Assembly (NCBI GenBank): GCA_043811375.1
Contig: JBDRNJ010000064.1
Span: 1-64,000, forward strand
Direction of reading: 5' to 3'
Length of the DNA stretch: 64,000 nucleotides
Source of the DNA: a bacterium
Lineage (GTDB): Bacteria; Zixibacteria; MSB-5A5; GN15; FEB-12
Part shown: positions 50,523 to 61,011 of the stretch, one piece after another
Position numbering within the stretch: the stretch's first letter is position 1
How the letters are laid out: every line of letters begins with the position of its first letter
Notes under the pieces: model-generated
Told to the model about the DNA's origin: nothing
The model's database searches: none
The model's input: the letters and a program-made list of their open reading frames with translations, nothing else
Position numbers and translations under genes: made by a program

Positions 50523-51041
50523 ATGATAATGGACTTGCGCGGTCTGGATAATTTCCCGGCCCACCTGTCACTGAAAAGCGGTCCGGGAGATATTGTTGCC
50601 GAGTACGACAGCCTGCGTGAGGTTAGAGACGTGACGGTTGAACTCGATATACAGATATCCGGCGAGGAGTACTTCTGCCAGGGTGAGGTAACAGCCGATG
50701 TTCAACTGGAGTGTTCCCGTTGCCTGAAGGAATTTGATTGTGTGGTTCGCAACCGGACTGACTTTATCGCATGTTCTCGGAGCTTGTATGAGAACAGGTC
50801 GGCTAGAGCACTCGATGATGAAGACTATGTGTTTTTTCAGGAATCGCCTTTGCGGGCCGATATTTCAGAGATTGTTCGACAGGCAATTATTCTGGCAGTG
50901 GGACTCAAACCGCTGTGTGCCGATGACTGTCGGGGTCTGTGCCCGACCTGCGGTATCGATCTTAACCGACAGTCTTGTGACTGCACCGTCGAATCGATCG
51001 ATCCCCGCTGGGAAGCACTGAAGAAACTGCGCCATAACTAA
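50523..51041 (+). CDS. yceD: YceD / DUF177 family protein
   Basis: CSRCL, LCADDCRGLCPTCG, DPRWEALK; upstream of rpmF. Confidence 0.92.
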   Translation: MIMDLRGLDNFPAHLSLKSGPGDIVAEYDSLREVRDVTVELDIQISGEEYFCQGEVTADVQLECSRCLKEFDCVVRNRTDFIACSRSLYENRSARALDDEDYVFFQESPLRADISEIVRQAIILAVGLKPLCADDCRGLCPTCGIDLNRQSCDCTVESIDPRWEALKKLRHN

Positions 51042-51065
51042 CCGGAGATAATAGAGGAACTACTA

Positions 51066-51248
51066 ATGCCACTTCCCAAGAGACGACACTCGCGAACCAG
51101 AGGCAGAAAGCGCCGCACCAACTGGAAGATATCGGCTCCGAATGTGATCGACTGTCCCCACTGTCATCAACCCCGGCTGTCCCATCACGTCTGTACTTAT
51201 TGCGGATATTACCGGGGTCGCCAGATAATCTCGGGTACGGAGGCCTGA
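51066..51248 (+). CDS. rpmF: 50S ribosomal protein L32
   Basis: PKRRHSRTR, CPHC, HHVCTYCGYYRG. Confidence 0.97.
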   Translation: MPLPKRRHSRTRGRKRRTNWKISAPNVIDCPHCHQPRLSHHVCTYCGYYRGRQIISGTEA

Positions 51249-51294
51249 TCCAACCGGTATCATCTTCGCTTGATGTACGAGTGGATCTGACGAG

Positions 51295-52395
51295 ATGACG
51301 GCAGACGAAAAACATACCGTAGTACTGGATGTAATGGGGGCGGACAGCGGTCAGGAGCAGATCGTGCAGGGTGGGGTAGATGCCGCCCGGCGGCTGGGTG
51401 ATGCTATGCGGCTGGTTTTCGTCGGTCGACAAAATCAGTTGGAAGCTACCTTGGCCCGCATCGCCGACCCACCGTCGAACATTTCGATTCAGCATGCCGA
51501 AAGTGAAGTGCCGATGGAGATGTCGGCCACTGACGGAGTGCGAATGCGGGATAGTTCGATTGCCGTTGGGTTGCGGATGGTCAAGGACAGACGAGCGGCG
51601 GCGTTTGTTTCTCCCGGCAATACCGGGGCGGTTATGGCCACGTCGCTGTTGACACTGGGGCGTATCGAGGGAGTCAGCCGTCCGGCTATCACAAGTCACT
51701 TTCCGACTTGCACCGGTCGTCCCACGGTGGTCCTGGATGTGGGCGCCAACTCCGACTGCAAGCCACACCACCTGTCGCAGTTCGCAGTCATGGGATCAGT
51801 TTACTCTTCAGTGACTTTCGATCTCGATTCACCACGGGTGGGTCTGGTTTCCATCGGTGAAGAACGCAGCAAGGGCAATGATCTGATTGTCAACGCCCGG
51901 AGATTGCTGGAGAATTCCGACATCAACTTCATGGGCAATATCGAGGGGAGAGACATTCTGTCGGGTACCATTGACGTGGCGGTTACCGATGGTTTCACCG
52001 GCAATATCCTGTTGAAGTTCGCGGAATCGATCAAGCCGATGCTGGTCAATTCCATGCGACGGCAGATTCAAACCAACATTTTTTCGCGTGTCGGCGCCAT
52101 GTTGCTGCTGCCGTTTTTGAGACGGATGAAAAATCGGTTCGATTACGCTGAGGCGGGAGGCGCACCCCTGTTGGGTGTTAATGGCGTTGTTATGATTTGC
52201 CATGGGCTGTCCAATGCGCGAGCCATCTGTAACGCTGTTACGGTCGCCCATGAAATGGCCGCCTGCAGAGTTGTAGAACGCATCCACAATGAGTTGACAA
52301 CCAATCATTTTGGGCACAACAATGGGTCAAGGAATAAGGGCCAAAATAATCGGGACGGGGTCATTTACGCCCGAGTCTCGAATGACCAACGCTGA
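51295..52395 (+). CDS. plsX: Phosphate acyltransferase PlsX
   Basis: LDVMGAD, GNTGA, LDVGAN, DGFTGN, GGAPLLG. Confidence 0.96.
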   Translation: MTADEKHTVVLDVMGADSGQEQIVQGGVDAARRLGDAMRLVFVGRQNQLEATLARIADPPSNISIQHAESEVPMEMSATDGVRMRDSSIAVGLRMVKDRRAAAFVSPGNTGAVMATSLLTLGRIEGVSRPAITSHFPTCTGRPTVVLDVGANSDCKPHHLSQFAVMGSVYSSVTFDLDSPRVGLVSIGEERSKGNDLIVNARRLLENSDINFMGNIEGRDILSGTIDVAVTDGFTGNILLKFAESIKPMLVNSMRRQIQTNIFSRVGAMLLLPFLRRMKNRFDYAEAGGAPLLGVNGVVMICHGLSNARAICNAVTVAHEMAACRVVERIHNELTTNHFGHNNGSRNKGQNNRDGVIYARVSNDQR

Positions 52396-53311
52396 CTTCG
52401 AGCGGATCGTCGATACTTCCGACGAGTGGATTATCAGCCGCACCGGTATCCGGGAGCGTCGTATTTCCGACGCCGATACGTTCAGTTCGGATATGGCCGT
52501 TGTGGCTTGTCGTAATGCACTGGAAATGGCCGGTTGCAGCAACGACGAAGTGGAAATGATAATAATCGGTACGGTCACGCCCGACTACCGGCTGCCGTCG
52601 ACTGCCTGCGTGGTGCAGGAAAAGATGGGTTTGCCCAATGCTGCGGCTATGGATGTTGTGGCTGCCTGCGCCGGTTTTCTTAACGGCCTGTCGATCGCAA
52701 GCTCTTTTATTAAATCGCAAACGTACTCGCGAGTGCTGGTCGTCGGTGTCGAGAAACTCTCGGCCATAACCAACTACAAGGATCGCAACACCTGTGTCTT
52801 GTTTGGTGATGCCGCCGGCGCGGCAGTGCTGGCTCCGACTGAAAACGGCACCGGGGTGCTTTCAACGTTCCTGAAATCTAACGGCTCGCTGCGCGAGTGG
52901 CTTTGGTCCAGCACCGGAGGTACCGTAAATCCGTACACACCCGATTTCAAATATGACGGAACCGACAAGATAACGATGGCCGGCTCGGACGTGTTCAAAG
53001 TCGCCGTGCGAGAAATGGCCCGAGCAGCAGCCAGCGTTCTGCAGGAAGCCGGGCTGAAACCGGACGACATAACCATGGTAATACCCCATCAGGCTAATAT
53101 TCGCATCGTCGAAGCTCTGGCCAAACGTCTCCACGTGGGGATGGACAGAGTATTTCTCAATATCGAAGAGTACGGCAATACCTCGGCGGCATCGGTTCCC
53201 CTGGCTCTGGATCAGGCCAATCGGCAGGGAAAGATCAAACCAGGAGACTACGTACTGATGGTTGCTTTTGGCGGTGGCCTGACCTGGGGTGCGGCGGTGG
53301 TGAAATGGTAG
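52322..53311 (+). CDS. fabH: Beta-ketoacyl-ACP synthase III
   Basis: AACAGF, PHQAN, GNTSAAS, FGGGLTWG. Confidence 0.97.
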   Translation: MGQGIRAKIIGTGSFTPESRMTNADFERIVDTSDEWIISRTGIRERRISDADTFSSDMAVVACRNALEMAGCSNDEVEMIIIGTVTPDYRLPSTACVVQEKMGLPNAAAMDVVAACAGFLNGLSIASSFIKSQTYSRVLVVGVEKLSAITNYKDRNTCVLFGDAAGAAVLAPTENGTGVLSTFLKSNGSLREWLWSSTGGTVNPYTPDFKYDGTDKITMAGSDVFKVAVREMARAAASVLQEAGLKPDDITMVIPHQANIRIVEALAKRLHVGMDRVFLNIEEYGNTSAASVPLALDQANRQGKIKPGDYVLMVAFGGGLTWGAAVVKW

Positions 53312-53315
53312 GATT

Positions 53316-54248
53316 ATGAGCAAAACAGTACTGTTGTTTCCCGGACAGGGTTCCCAATATGTGGGAATGGCCAGGGAATTGTATGATGACTCGGCCGAGG
53401 TGCGGGCACTGTATGAACTGGCGTCCGACGAAATAGGCGCCGACATTGCAAAAGTATCTTTCGAGGGACCGGCTGATCAACTGAAGCAGACGCGCTTTAC
53501 ACAGCCGGCAATTCTTTTGCACTCACTGGCCGTGTTGACACATCTCGGTGATTCTCTGCCGGCTTTTGACTATGCGGCTGGCCATTCGTTGGGTGAATAT
53601 GGTGCTCTGGCAGTTACCGGTGCCCTTTCGTATGAGAACGCCGTCAGGGCCGTCGTCAAAAGGGCAGCCCTTATGGAGGAAGCCTGTCGCGCCAGACCCT
53701 CGACGATGGCTGCGATCATCGGTCTGGATGGTTCCCAGGTGGAACATTTGTGTGCGGAAGCGTCGGCCGTCGGTGTCGTGGTGGCGGCCAATTTCAACTC
53801 CGAGCGTCAGGTCGTAATATCCGGTGAACCGTCGGCAGTCCGAAAAGCTGTTGAGTTGGCGAAGGAAACGGGCGCCCGACGGGCGGTGATGCTGGAAGTG
53901 GGAGGAGCCTTCCATTCGCCGCTGATGCAATCGGCCTGTGAACCACTTCAGCAGTTCCTTAGCGGCCTGTCTTTCAATCGGCCTTCACAACCGGTGGTAG
54001 CCAATGTTACCGCTCAACCGGTCGATGAAGTCGGCGCCATACCGGAGTTACTGGTCCGGCAGTTGACGGCGCCGGTCAGGTGGGCCGAAACGATGAGTTT
54101 CCTGGCTGACAACGATGTGCACCAGGTGGTGGAATTGGGTCCGGGTAAGGTACTGTCGGCCCTGGCCAAACGCGACCTGCGTCCGGGAGAAATGTTCAAC
54201 CTTGATACGCTGGCGGATGTCGAAGCCTTCCAGGCTGTGAGCGTCTGA
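53316..54248 (+). CDS. fabD: Malonyl-CoA:ACP transacylase
   Basis: FPGQGSQ, GHSLGEY, AFHS. Confidence 0.97.
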   Translation: MSKTVLLFPGQGSQYVGMARELYDDSAEVRALYELASDEIGADIAKVSFEGPADQLKQTRFTQPAILLHSLAVLTHLGDSLPAFDYAAGHSLGEYGALAVTGALSYENAVRAVVKRAALMEEACRARPSTMAAIIGLDGSQVEHLCAEASAVGVVVAANFNSERQVVISGEPSAVRKAVELAKETGARRAVMLEVGGAFHSPLMQSACEPLQQFLSGLSFNRPSQPVVANVTAQPVDEVGAIPELLVRQLTAPVRWAETMSFLADNDVHQVVELGPGKVLSALAKRDLRPGEMFNLDTLADVEAFQAVSV

Positions 54249-54263
54249 CCGGCTGGTGGTGAA

Positions 54264-54995
54264 ATGGATTTTGCCGATAAGACTGCGCTTGTGACCGGTT
54301 CCGCACGAGGGATTGGTCGAACTATTGCCGAACAACTGGCCCAACGTAACGCCAACGTCGTTATCTGTGATCTTGATCAGGCGGCAGTGGATAAAACTGC
54401 AGCTGAGATCCAGGGCAGGGTAATGGGCGTAAAGGCGGATGTGAGCGATTCCGGTGACATCGAGAATCTTTTCCGTCAAACAATGGACCGTTTCGGTCGG
54501 GTGGATATTGTGATCAACAATGCCGGTATCACTCGTGACGGCATTATCGTGCGCCTGGATGAAAAGGACTGGGATATGGTGCTTGACATCAATCTCAAGG
54601 GGGCTTTTCTTGTCACCAAAGCTGCCGCCAGGATCATGATGAAACAGCGCTGTGGGCGTATCGTGAACATAAGTTCGGTAATCGGTCTGGTTGGTAATGC
54701 CGGGCAGGCCAACTATGCTGCGTCCAAAGCCGGGCTGATCGGTCTGACCAAGTCCAGCGCCAAAGAGTTGGCACCGCGTGGTGTCACCGTTAATGCCGTG
54801 GCGCCGGGATTTATTACGACCGACATGACCGACGCTATACCGGACGCGGCGCGACAGCAGTTGCTCGAGCGGGTATTGCTCAAACGAGCTGGCACGCCGC
54901 TGGACGTTGCCTCGGCGGTGTTGTTTTTAGTCTCGGATGAGGCTTCATATATTACCGGTCAGGTGTTGACGATTGACGGCGGTCTATCCATGTAG
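54264..54995 (+). CDS. fabG: 3-oxoacyl-ACP reductase
   Basis: [21 protein letters not shown]. Confidence 0.96.
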   Translation: MDFADKTALVTGSARGIGRTIAEQLAQRNANVVICDLDQAAVDKTAAEIQGRVMGVKADVSDSGDIENLFRQTMDRFGRVDIVINNAGITRDGIIVRLDEKDWDMVLDINLKGAFLVTKAAARIMMKQRCGRIVNISSVIGLVGNAGQANYAASKAGLIGLTKSSAKELAPRGVTVNAVAPGFITTDMTDAIPDAARQQLLERVLLKRAGTPLDVASAVLFLVSDEASYITGQVLTIDGGLSM

Positions 54996-55033
54996 AGAAC
55001 AAAGAAAGTATTAACATATATAGGAGTTATGCC

Positions 55034-55276
55034 ATGTCTATTGAGGAGAAAGTTAAGGGAATTATCGTCGAGCAGTTGGGTGTTGAAGCCGGCCAGGTTA
55101 CCGACAGCGCCAAGTTTGTAGAGGACCTCGGTGCCGATTCGCTGGACACGGTGGAACTGGTAATGGCACTGGAAGAGGAATTCTCCATCGAGATACCGGA
55201 CGAAGACGCCGAGAAGATTATGGCTGTCTCCGATGCCATCGGGTATATCAAGAATCATTCCGAAAAAGTGCCATAG
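55034..55276 (+). CDS. acpP: Acyl carrier protein
   Basis: [12 protein letters not shown]. Confidence 0.98.
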   Translation: MSIEEKVKGIIVEQLGVEAGQVTDSAKFVEDLGADSLDTVELVMALEEEFSIEIPDEDAEKIMAVSDAIGYIKNHSEKVP

Positions 55277-55310
55277 ACTCCGTTAGCACCGGAATAAACA
55301 TTCTGACTGG

Positions 55311-56561
55311 ATGGGAATAATGATACGGAGTGTCGTTACCGGAATAGGTGTGGTGTCCCCTTTGGGGAATTCACTCGATGTAGTGTGGAAAGCGTTGCTT
55401 GAGGGCGAGTCGGGCGTCTGTGAGATCACAAAGTTTGACGTCTCCGACTACACCACCAAAATAGCCGGCGAGGTCAAGGATTTTGATGCAACGCAGTTTA
55501 TTGAGAAAAAGGAACTGCGTCGTATGGATATCGCTGAGCAATACGCTATTGTTGCGAGCGAAATGGCTCTAAAGGATTCGGGGCTGGATTTGCAGGCGGT
55601 CGATCTCGATCGCTGCGGGGTGGTGATCGGCTCAGGGATTGGAGGTATTTCCACCTTTGAAAAGCAACATGGCCAATTGCTGCGCTCTGGCCCGGGGCGC
55701 GTGTCACCGTTCTTTATCCCCATGATGATCATTGATATGTGCGCCGGACTGGTGTCTATCCGATATGGTTTTCGGGGACCAAACTACGCTACCGTGTCGG
55801 CCTGCGCGTCGTCGGCGCATGCTGTCATTGATTCGTTTCGGATTATCCAGCGCGGTGAAGCGGACGTGATGATTACCGGGGGTGCTGAAGCTACAATTAC
55901 TCCAACCGCTCTGGCCGGCTTTTGTCAGGCCAAAGCGCTCTCGACTCGTAACGACGAGCCAAAGAGAGCCTCTCGACCATTCGATAAGGAACGAGACGGA
56001 TTTGTGATGGGTGAAGGGTCTGCTATCCTGGTCGTCGAATCGTACGAACATGCCCGGGCTCGCAATGCGCGGATATACGGTGAGATTCTCGGTGCCGGCA
56101 TGACTGCGGACGCTTACCATATGACGGCGCCCCATCCGGAGGGTTATGGCGCTCGGCGAGCCATGAGTCTGAGCCTTCAGGATGCCGGCGTGTCTCCCGA
56201 TCGGGTTGACTATATCAATACTCATGGTACCGCCACCACCCTGGGAGATATCGCGGAAACCAGGGCGATCAAGGAAGTTTTAGGTGACCATGCCCTGGAA
56301 ATTCCATGCAACTCCACCAAGTCCATGATCGGACATCTGCTGGGCGCGTCCGGAGCCATCGAATTGGCAGTGGCGTTTAAGTCTATTCAGGAGCAGCAGG
56401 TACACCCGACTATCAATCTCGACTATCCGGATCCGGAGTGCGACCTGGATTACGTCAGTTCGGGCAAGAGAAAGTCTCGGATCGACTATGCTCTGTCCAA
56501 TTCATTCGGGTTCGGTGGTCACAACGTCTCCATACTGGTGGGCAAGTACAACGGCGCATAG
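55311..56561 (+). CDS. fabF: Beta-ketoacyl-ACP synthase II
   Basis: SACAS, HGT, KSMIGHLLGA, NSFGFGGHN. Confidence 0.97.
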   Translation: MGIMIRSVVTGIGVVSPLGNSLDVVWKALLEGESGVCEITKFDVSDYTTKIAGEVKDFDATQFIEKKELRRMDIAEQYAIVASEMALKDSGLDLQAVDLDRCGVVIGSGIGGISTFEKQHGQLLRSGPGRVSPFFIPMMIIDMCAGLVSIRYGFRGPNYATVSACASSAHAVIDSFRIIQRGEADVMITGGAEATITPTALAGFCQAKALSTRNDEPKRASRPFDKERDGFVMGEGSAILVVESYEHARARNARIYGEILGAGMTADAYHMTAPHPEGYGARRAMSLSLQDAGVSPDRVDYINTHGTATTLGDIAETRAIKEVLGDHALEIPCNSTKSMIGHLLGASGAIELAVAFKSIQEQQVHPTINLDYPDPECDLDYVSSGKRKSRIDYALSNSFGFGGHNVSILVGKYNGA

Positions 56562-56564
56562 TAA

Positions 56565-57317
56565 ATGAATCTGCCGGTCATACTCAGACGACTTTTGCAC
56601 TTACCAATTGCTGGTAAGGAATCACGATCGCTGGGAACCCTGCAACGGCGCATCGGCTACCAGTTTCGCGATGAACAACTGCTTGAAACGAGCCTGACCC
56701 ACAGATCGTTCACCCATAACCACAACCGTTCCGTTCAGTGCAACGAGCGCCTGGAGTTTCTGGGTGACTCCGTATTGGGATTGCTTATCGGGGAGCAACT
56801 CTATCGTGATCACACGAAGATGCAGGAAGGGAACCTGACTCAAACCAGAGCCTTACTGGTGAACGAATCGACCCTGGCTGACCTGGCCCGCAAGATCGAA
56901 CTCAACCGTTTTGTGCGGCTGGCTTCAGAAGAGGAGCGGGCCGGCGGCAGAGACCGCACGTCCATTATAGCGGATACTCTGGAGTCGATCATTGGCGCCG
57001 TTTACCTCGACGGCGGCCTGGACGCAGCCCGGGACGTGGTGTTGCGACTGATCTATGCGCACCGGGAGGAGATTGTCTCCGATGTTTCACGGCGTAATTT
57101 CAAGGGTGAACTGCTGGAGCTGGTTCAGGCCCGTGGCCAGGGGCTGCCCCGGTATGACGTCATCTCTGAGGACGGGCCGGATCATGAGAAAGTGTTCCAG
57201 GTCGAGGTGCATCTTAACGGACAAAGATTGGGCCTTGGTTCCGGGTTGAGCAAGAAAGAAGCCGAACAGAAAGCCGCTGCTATAGCTCTGGAATACTACG
57301 TCAGCCATTCGAAGTAA
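56565..57317 (+). CDS. rnc: Ribonuclease III
   Basis: NERLEFLGDSVL, ESIIGAVYLD, dsRBD SKKEAEQKAA. Confidence 0.97.
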   Translation: MNLPVILRRLLHLPIAGKESRSLGTLQRRIGYQFRDEQLLETSLTHRSFTHNHNRSVQCNERLEFLGDSVLGLLIGEQLYRDHTKMQEGNLTQTRALLVNESTLADLARKIELNRFVRLASEEERAGGRDRTSIIADTLESIIGAVYLDGGLDAARDVVLRLIYAHREEIVSDVSRRNFKGELLELVQARGQGLPRYDVISEDGPDHEKVFQVEVHLNGQRLGLGSGLSKKEAEQKAAAIALEYYVSHSK

Positions 57318-57445
57318 ATACGCGCTGAACTTAACACGGGGGCAACTCAAAACATTACAGGCGGACATCTCAGGTATCGCTTTTGGATGGCCGCGGCGAC
57401 GCCTGTCTGAGTCTGGCGCCGACCTCGTCAGCGCGTATTATGCAA

Positions 57446-59710
57446 CTACCGGCAATCCGGTGGCGGACCACCCTGGAACAGGTATGCTATCAGGCAGGTC
57501 AGATCGCTTACACTGATGCCGTTGAAGCCGTCCATGTCGGTTGTCTCCAGTACCGGCGGTGGGGCACCACTTCGGAACAGGTAATCGACCAGGTACTGGA
57601 TATCGGAAACGATAGGCCCATCACCATCACCGTCGACATCACCGCACAAAGCTACCAGAACCCGGCCGTTATCGACATACGGTTGATACTCTGCATATCC
57701 GGCGTCGAAATAGAGTGATTTCGAGGAAACTGTAGTGGTATCGAAAGTGTTGCTGTCGTAGCCGGAGACATGTCTGAAATAGAGATTAATGACCGGTCCG
57801 GTTCCGGGCGGCAGCGGCGGCGCCCCGTTGCCGTAATCGGCCACGAAATCAAAGGCAATCGTACCGGAGCTGGGGTCCATTGCCACCAGAGCGATTCTTT
57901 CAAAGTAGTCTGTACGGCAGGAGTTCGTATCAAAGTACAGATACTGCAGATTAACCGGTCCGCCGTAAGATACCGGCAATACGAAATGCCACAATGGGAA
58001 GATATTGGTCAGATATACCGGGACTATGAGTGTGTCTCCGGAACTGATAGCAAAGGTATGGTCATCGAACCGTAGTGTATCTCCCAGCACGATCACCATA
58101 TTTTTCTGAGTGTGGTTGTGCATACCGTCGGACAGCAGGTTCTGCAGGTAAACATCGTAGGCGCCGCCGGTATTGTATGTGTGCACCGGATTTTGAACCA
58201 GCGCGCTGTCATCGTCACCAAAGAGCCACCGCCATTCAGCGGCTCCAACTGAGCTGTCGGTAAACTGTACCGTCATCGGCGGCCAGCCGAAGGTTGTGTC
58301 GGCATAGAAATCAACCAGCGGTCGGTTGGTGTTGCCGTAGACATCGTTATAACCGTCCCAGTTGGCGACCGCCAGGTCATTCTTGAAAGAATACTGATAG
58401 TGAATAATGATGCTGCTAACAGACGCTTGTCCCAGCGACACCCAGCCCGACACCAGGTCATAGCAGTAGTCGGCGTGACTTAGCAATGAGCCGTCGACAA
58501 TGACCGAATCAATGGAGTAGAGATAGTGATATGCGGTGTAGAAGAGCTTGCACGGGTCCGGAGGATAAATCGTATCGACTCGCATCTCGACGCCGTCGCC
58601 ATCGACATCTACCCACGCCATTTCTTCCGCTACCGTGGAAATGTCGGAGCGCCAGACCGGAGTCGTGGTAAACGTAGTCCCCAGGTTTTCATAGATTCGC
58701 GGTCGATCAAACCAGCGCCCGGCAGCCAGATCTTCATCGCCATCGTTGTCGTAGTCGTACATCGCCAGGGCCGAACCATACCCGCCGTCGGAAGATTGCC
58801 AGCCATAATCCGGATTAAGATTACCGGCACCATCGTTGTAGTAGACTCGGAAATAACCGCCACCGCCCATCTGGCTGTTGAAAGCCACCACCAGGTCAAG
58901 CCAGCCGTCGCCGTTGACGTCGCCGAATATCAGGGTGTTGCTGTTTTCAGAATTGTTGGACTGCCATGATGGGGAAGTTTCCAGCCCCCCGGAGTTGTTA
59001 TAAAAAACAGCCGGTGCTCGATCATCGTAGCAAAAGGCCAGATCAAGATCGCCGTCGTTGTCGACATCACCCCAGGTGACATCCATAGCTTCAGTCGGAC
59101 TGGTCGACTGCCAGCCGGGTACTGTCTGGAAAGTCCCGTTGACGTTAATATAGACAAGGTCCCTTTCCTTGATAGTGTTATAACCTTCCCCGGTGGCGAA
59201 GGCCAGGTCGAGGTCACCGTCACCGTCGATGTCTCCCAGGGCACAGGAGAAAGTGTAGATACTGTCGGTGTACCAGTCCGGGGTGGTGTTGGGCAGGCTG
59301 GTAGAGTTGTAGTAGAGATTGGACAGTCCGGCGGTAGCGAAGCGATCTTCACCCAGATAGTTGGCCACGGCAAAATCGGGCCGGCCATCGTCGTCAATAT
59401 CACCCACCGCACAATGGCCGGAGTATTCGACGTTGCTGGAATACCACGAAGCGCTCGTGGTCGACAGAGAGCCATAGTCGGACAGATAGATGGCGTTGGC
59501 CGCCAGGGCCATATCGTTGCCGTTGGAGAAGAAGACGTCGATATAGCCGTCGTTGTTGCAGTCCCGCCAGATCATACCGGTAGAGTAGACGCCCGATTCG
59601 GATGACTGCCAGAAAGGGGTGGTCCCGATCGGTACCTGGGCGTCGGCGCCGTCGGCTAAAGCCGTTAGCGCGAATATAAATACAAGAATCGCAGGTAAAT
59701 GCTTAGACAT
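57446..59710 (-). CDS. Secreted FG-GAP/VCBS propeller + PKD + cohesin-like + dockerin-like protein
   Basis: Signal peptide; about 7 GDxDxDGxxD repeats; PKD (WRWLFGD...NPVHTY); VPVYLTN...LPPGTGPVINLYF beta-sandwich; duplicated Ca-loop/helix at the C-terminus. Confidence 0.88.
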   Translation of the reverse strand: MSKHLPAILVFIFALTALADGADAQVPIGTTPFWQSSESGVYSTGMIWRDCNNDGYIDVFFSNGNDMALAANAIYLSDYGSLSTTSASWYSSNVEYSGHCAVGDIDDDGRPDFAVANYLGEDRFATAGLSNLYYNSTSLPNTTPDWYTDSIYTFSCALGDIDGDGDLDLAFATGEGYNTIKERDLVYINVNGTFQTVPGWQSTSPTEAMDVTWGDVDNDGDLDLAFCYDDRAPAVFYNNSGGLETSPSWQSNNSENSNTLIFGDVNGDGWLDLVVAFNSQMGGGGYFRVYYNDGAGNLNPDYGWQSSDGGYGSALAMYDYDNDGDEDLAAGRWFDRPRIYENLGTTFTTTPVWRSDISTVAEEMAWVDVDGDGVEMRVDTIYPPDPCKLFYTAYHYLYSIDSVIVDGSLLSHADYCYDLVSGWVSLGQASVSSIIIHYQYSFKNDLAVANWDGYNDVYGNTNRPLVDFYADTTFGWPPMTVQFTDSSVGAAEWRWLFGDDDSALVQNPVHTYNTGGAYDVYLQNLLSDGMHNHTQKNMVIVLGDTLRFDDHTFAISSGDTLIVPVYLTNIFPLWHFVLPVSYGGPVNLQYLYFDTNSCRTDYFERIALVAMDPSSGTIAFDFVADYGNGAPPLPPGTGPVINLYFRHVSGYDSNTFDTTTVSSKSLYFDAGYAEYQPYVDNGRVLVALCGDVDGDGDGPIVSDIQYLVDYLFRSGAPPPVLETTDMDGFNGISVSDLTCLIAYLFQGGPPPDCR

Positions 59711-59821
59711 GGGTTTTCTCCGCTATACTTAGTGCAGTAAGTGCGTCGTATCTAATACAATATACAGAGAAGACTCAGATTTCCAAGCGTAAACTGGCAC
59801 AACATCTGCGTTGGATACAGA

Positions 59822-60784
59822 TCAGTGACCGGTGTCGTCGTACGTGGCCTGAAGATACCGCCCGATCCGGGCCAGGTTTTCACGCAGCTCCGGAGGGGAG
59901 ATAACCTCCACATCGGCGCCGAATCCCAGCAGCCAGCGCTGGATCTCTTCAATCCCACGGGTTGTAACCGAATACAACACCTCATCATCACTGAGGCGTT
60001 CTACGGACTCGTCCGTATGATGCGTCTCTGATTGTATCACCCGTGCGGAGGAGCCACGGAACCTGACTTCCACTTTAACCGGCTCGCCGCTGTATAGCTC
60101 CCAACTGCCTTCGAAGTAGGTTTCCGGCGAGATATCATCCCGCTTGTCAAAATGTTCGTCTAAGATTTTGACATTGAGGACGCGGTCGACGCGAAAGGTC
60201 CTCATCTCCCGGCGCGAGCGGCAATGGGCCACAAAATAGAAGGCGCGACCGCGGAACACTATGAAGTAGGGCTCAACGATCCTGGTGGTGACGCCTGACT
60301 GGATAGAATCATATTCCAGCTCAAGGCACCGCCACTCCGTTATCGCTTGCTCTATTACACCATAATACTGTTCACCCTTTTCCGTTTCCGCAGTAGTAAC
60401 GATTTCTATCCGAGTTGTTTCAGGTGTCAACCGTTGTGCTTTCTTAACGGAGTCTGATAAGCCGGCTTCGACCTTGGCCTTGATACGTTTGAGCAGGATT
60501 CGGTACTTGGCGGCCTTGGTCAGAGGTGACGACTCCAGGGCCAGTTTCAGGCACTGGTATTCATCGAAATCGAAATTCAGAGGGGGCAGGAAGTTACCGG
60601 AGGCCAGCCGGTAGCCATTGTCATAGTAGATAGGCACGTTGGCCTCCGAAAGCGCCACTATATCTCTGTAAATCGAGCGTTCCGTAACCCCGCACTCCTC
60701 GGCCAATTTGCGGGCATTCAGATTTCGGCGAGCCCGCAGCAGATTGAGGATATGTAACAGCCTGTCGTACTTGGACATTCCCAT
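59822..60784 (-). CDS. HTH-WYL-WCX transcriptional regulator (PafB/PafC/YafY-like)
   Basis: LAEECGVTERSIYRDI HTH; RIVEPY...FYFVAHC...RTFRVDRV; WLLGFGADVEVISPPELR. Confidence 0.94.
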   Translation of the reverse strand: MGMSKYDRLLHILNLLRARRNLNARKLAEECGVTERSIYRDIVALSEANVPIYYDNGYRLASGNFLPPLNFDFDEYQCLKLALESSPLTKAAKYRILLKRIKAKVEAGLSDSVKKAQRLTPETTRIEIVTTAETEKGEQYYGVIEQAITEWRCLELEYDSIQSGVTTRIVEPYFIVFRGRAFYFVAHCRSRREMRTFRVDRVLNVKILDEHFDKRDDISPETYFEGSWELYSGEPVKVEVRFRGSSARVIQSETHHTDESVERLSDDEVLYSVTTRGIEEIQRWLLGFGADVEVISPPELRENLARIGRYLQATYDDTGH

Positions 60785-61011
60785 CAGTGTTTCTCCTGAC
60801 AGTAATATAACTAAAGTATCGCTTCAACTCAATATGGGGCCAATCCCACTGCGGTGGCTGCCGGTCAATCCATTCTCAGTCCCGGTGAAGTGGCCGGGTG
60901 TGGCTAACCTGCAATAACACAACAAGTTACGCCTATTTGACAGGTCCGGCACTCTCTTTGCACTTCTGGCGGGAGAAACAGTGGAATAACCCTTGAGTAT
61001 TGGGGGAGACT

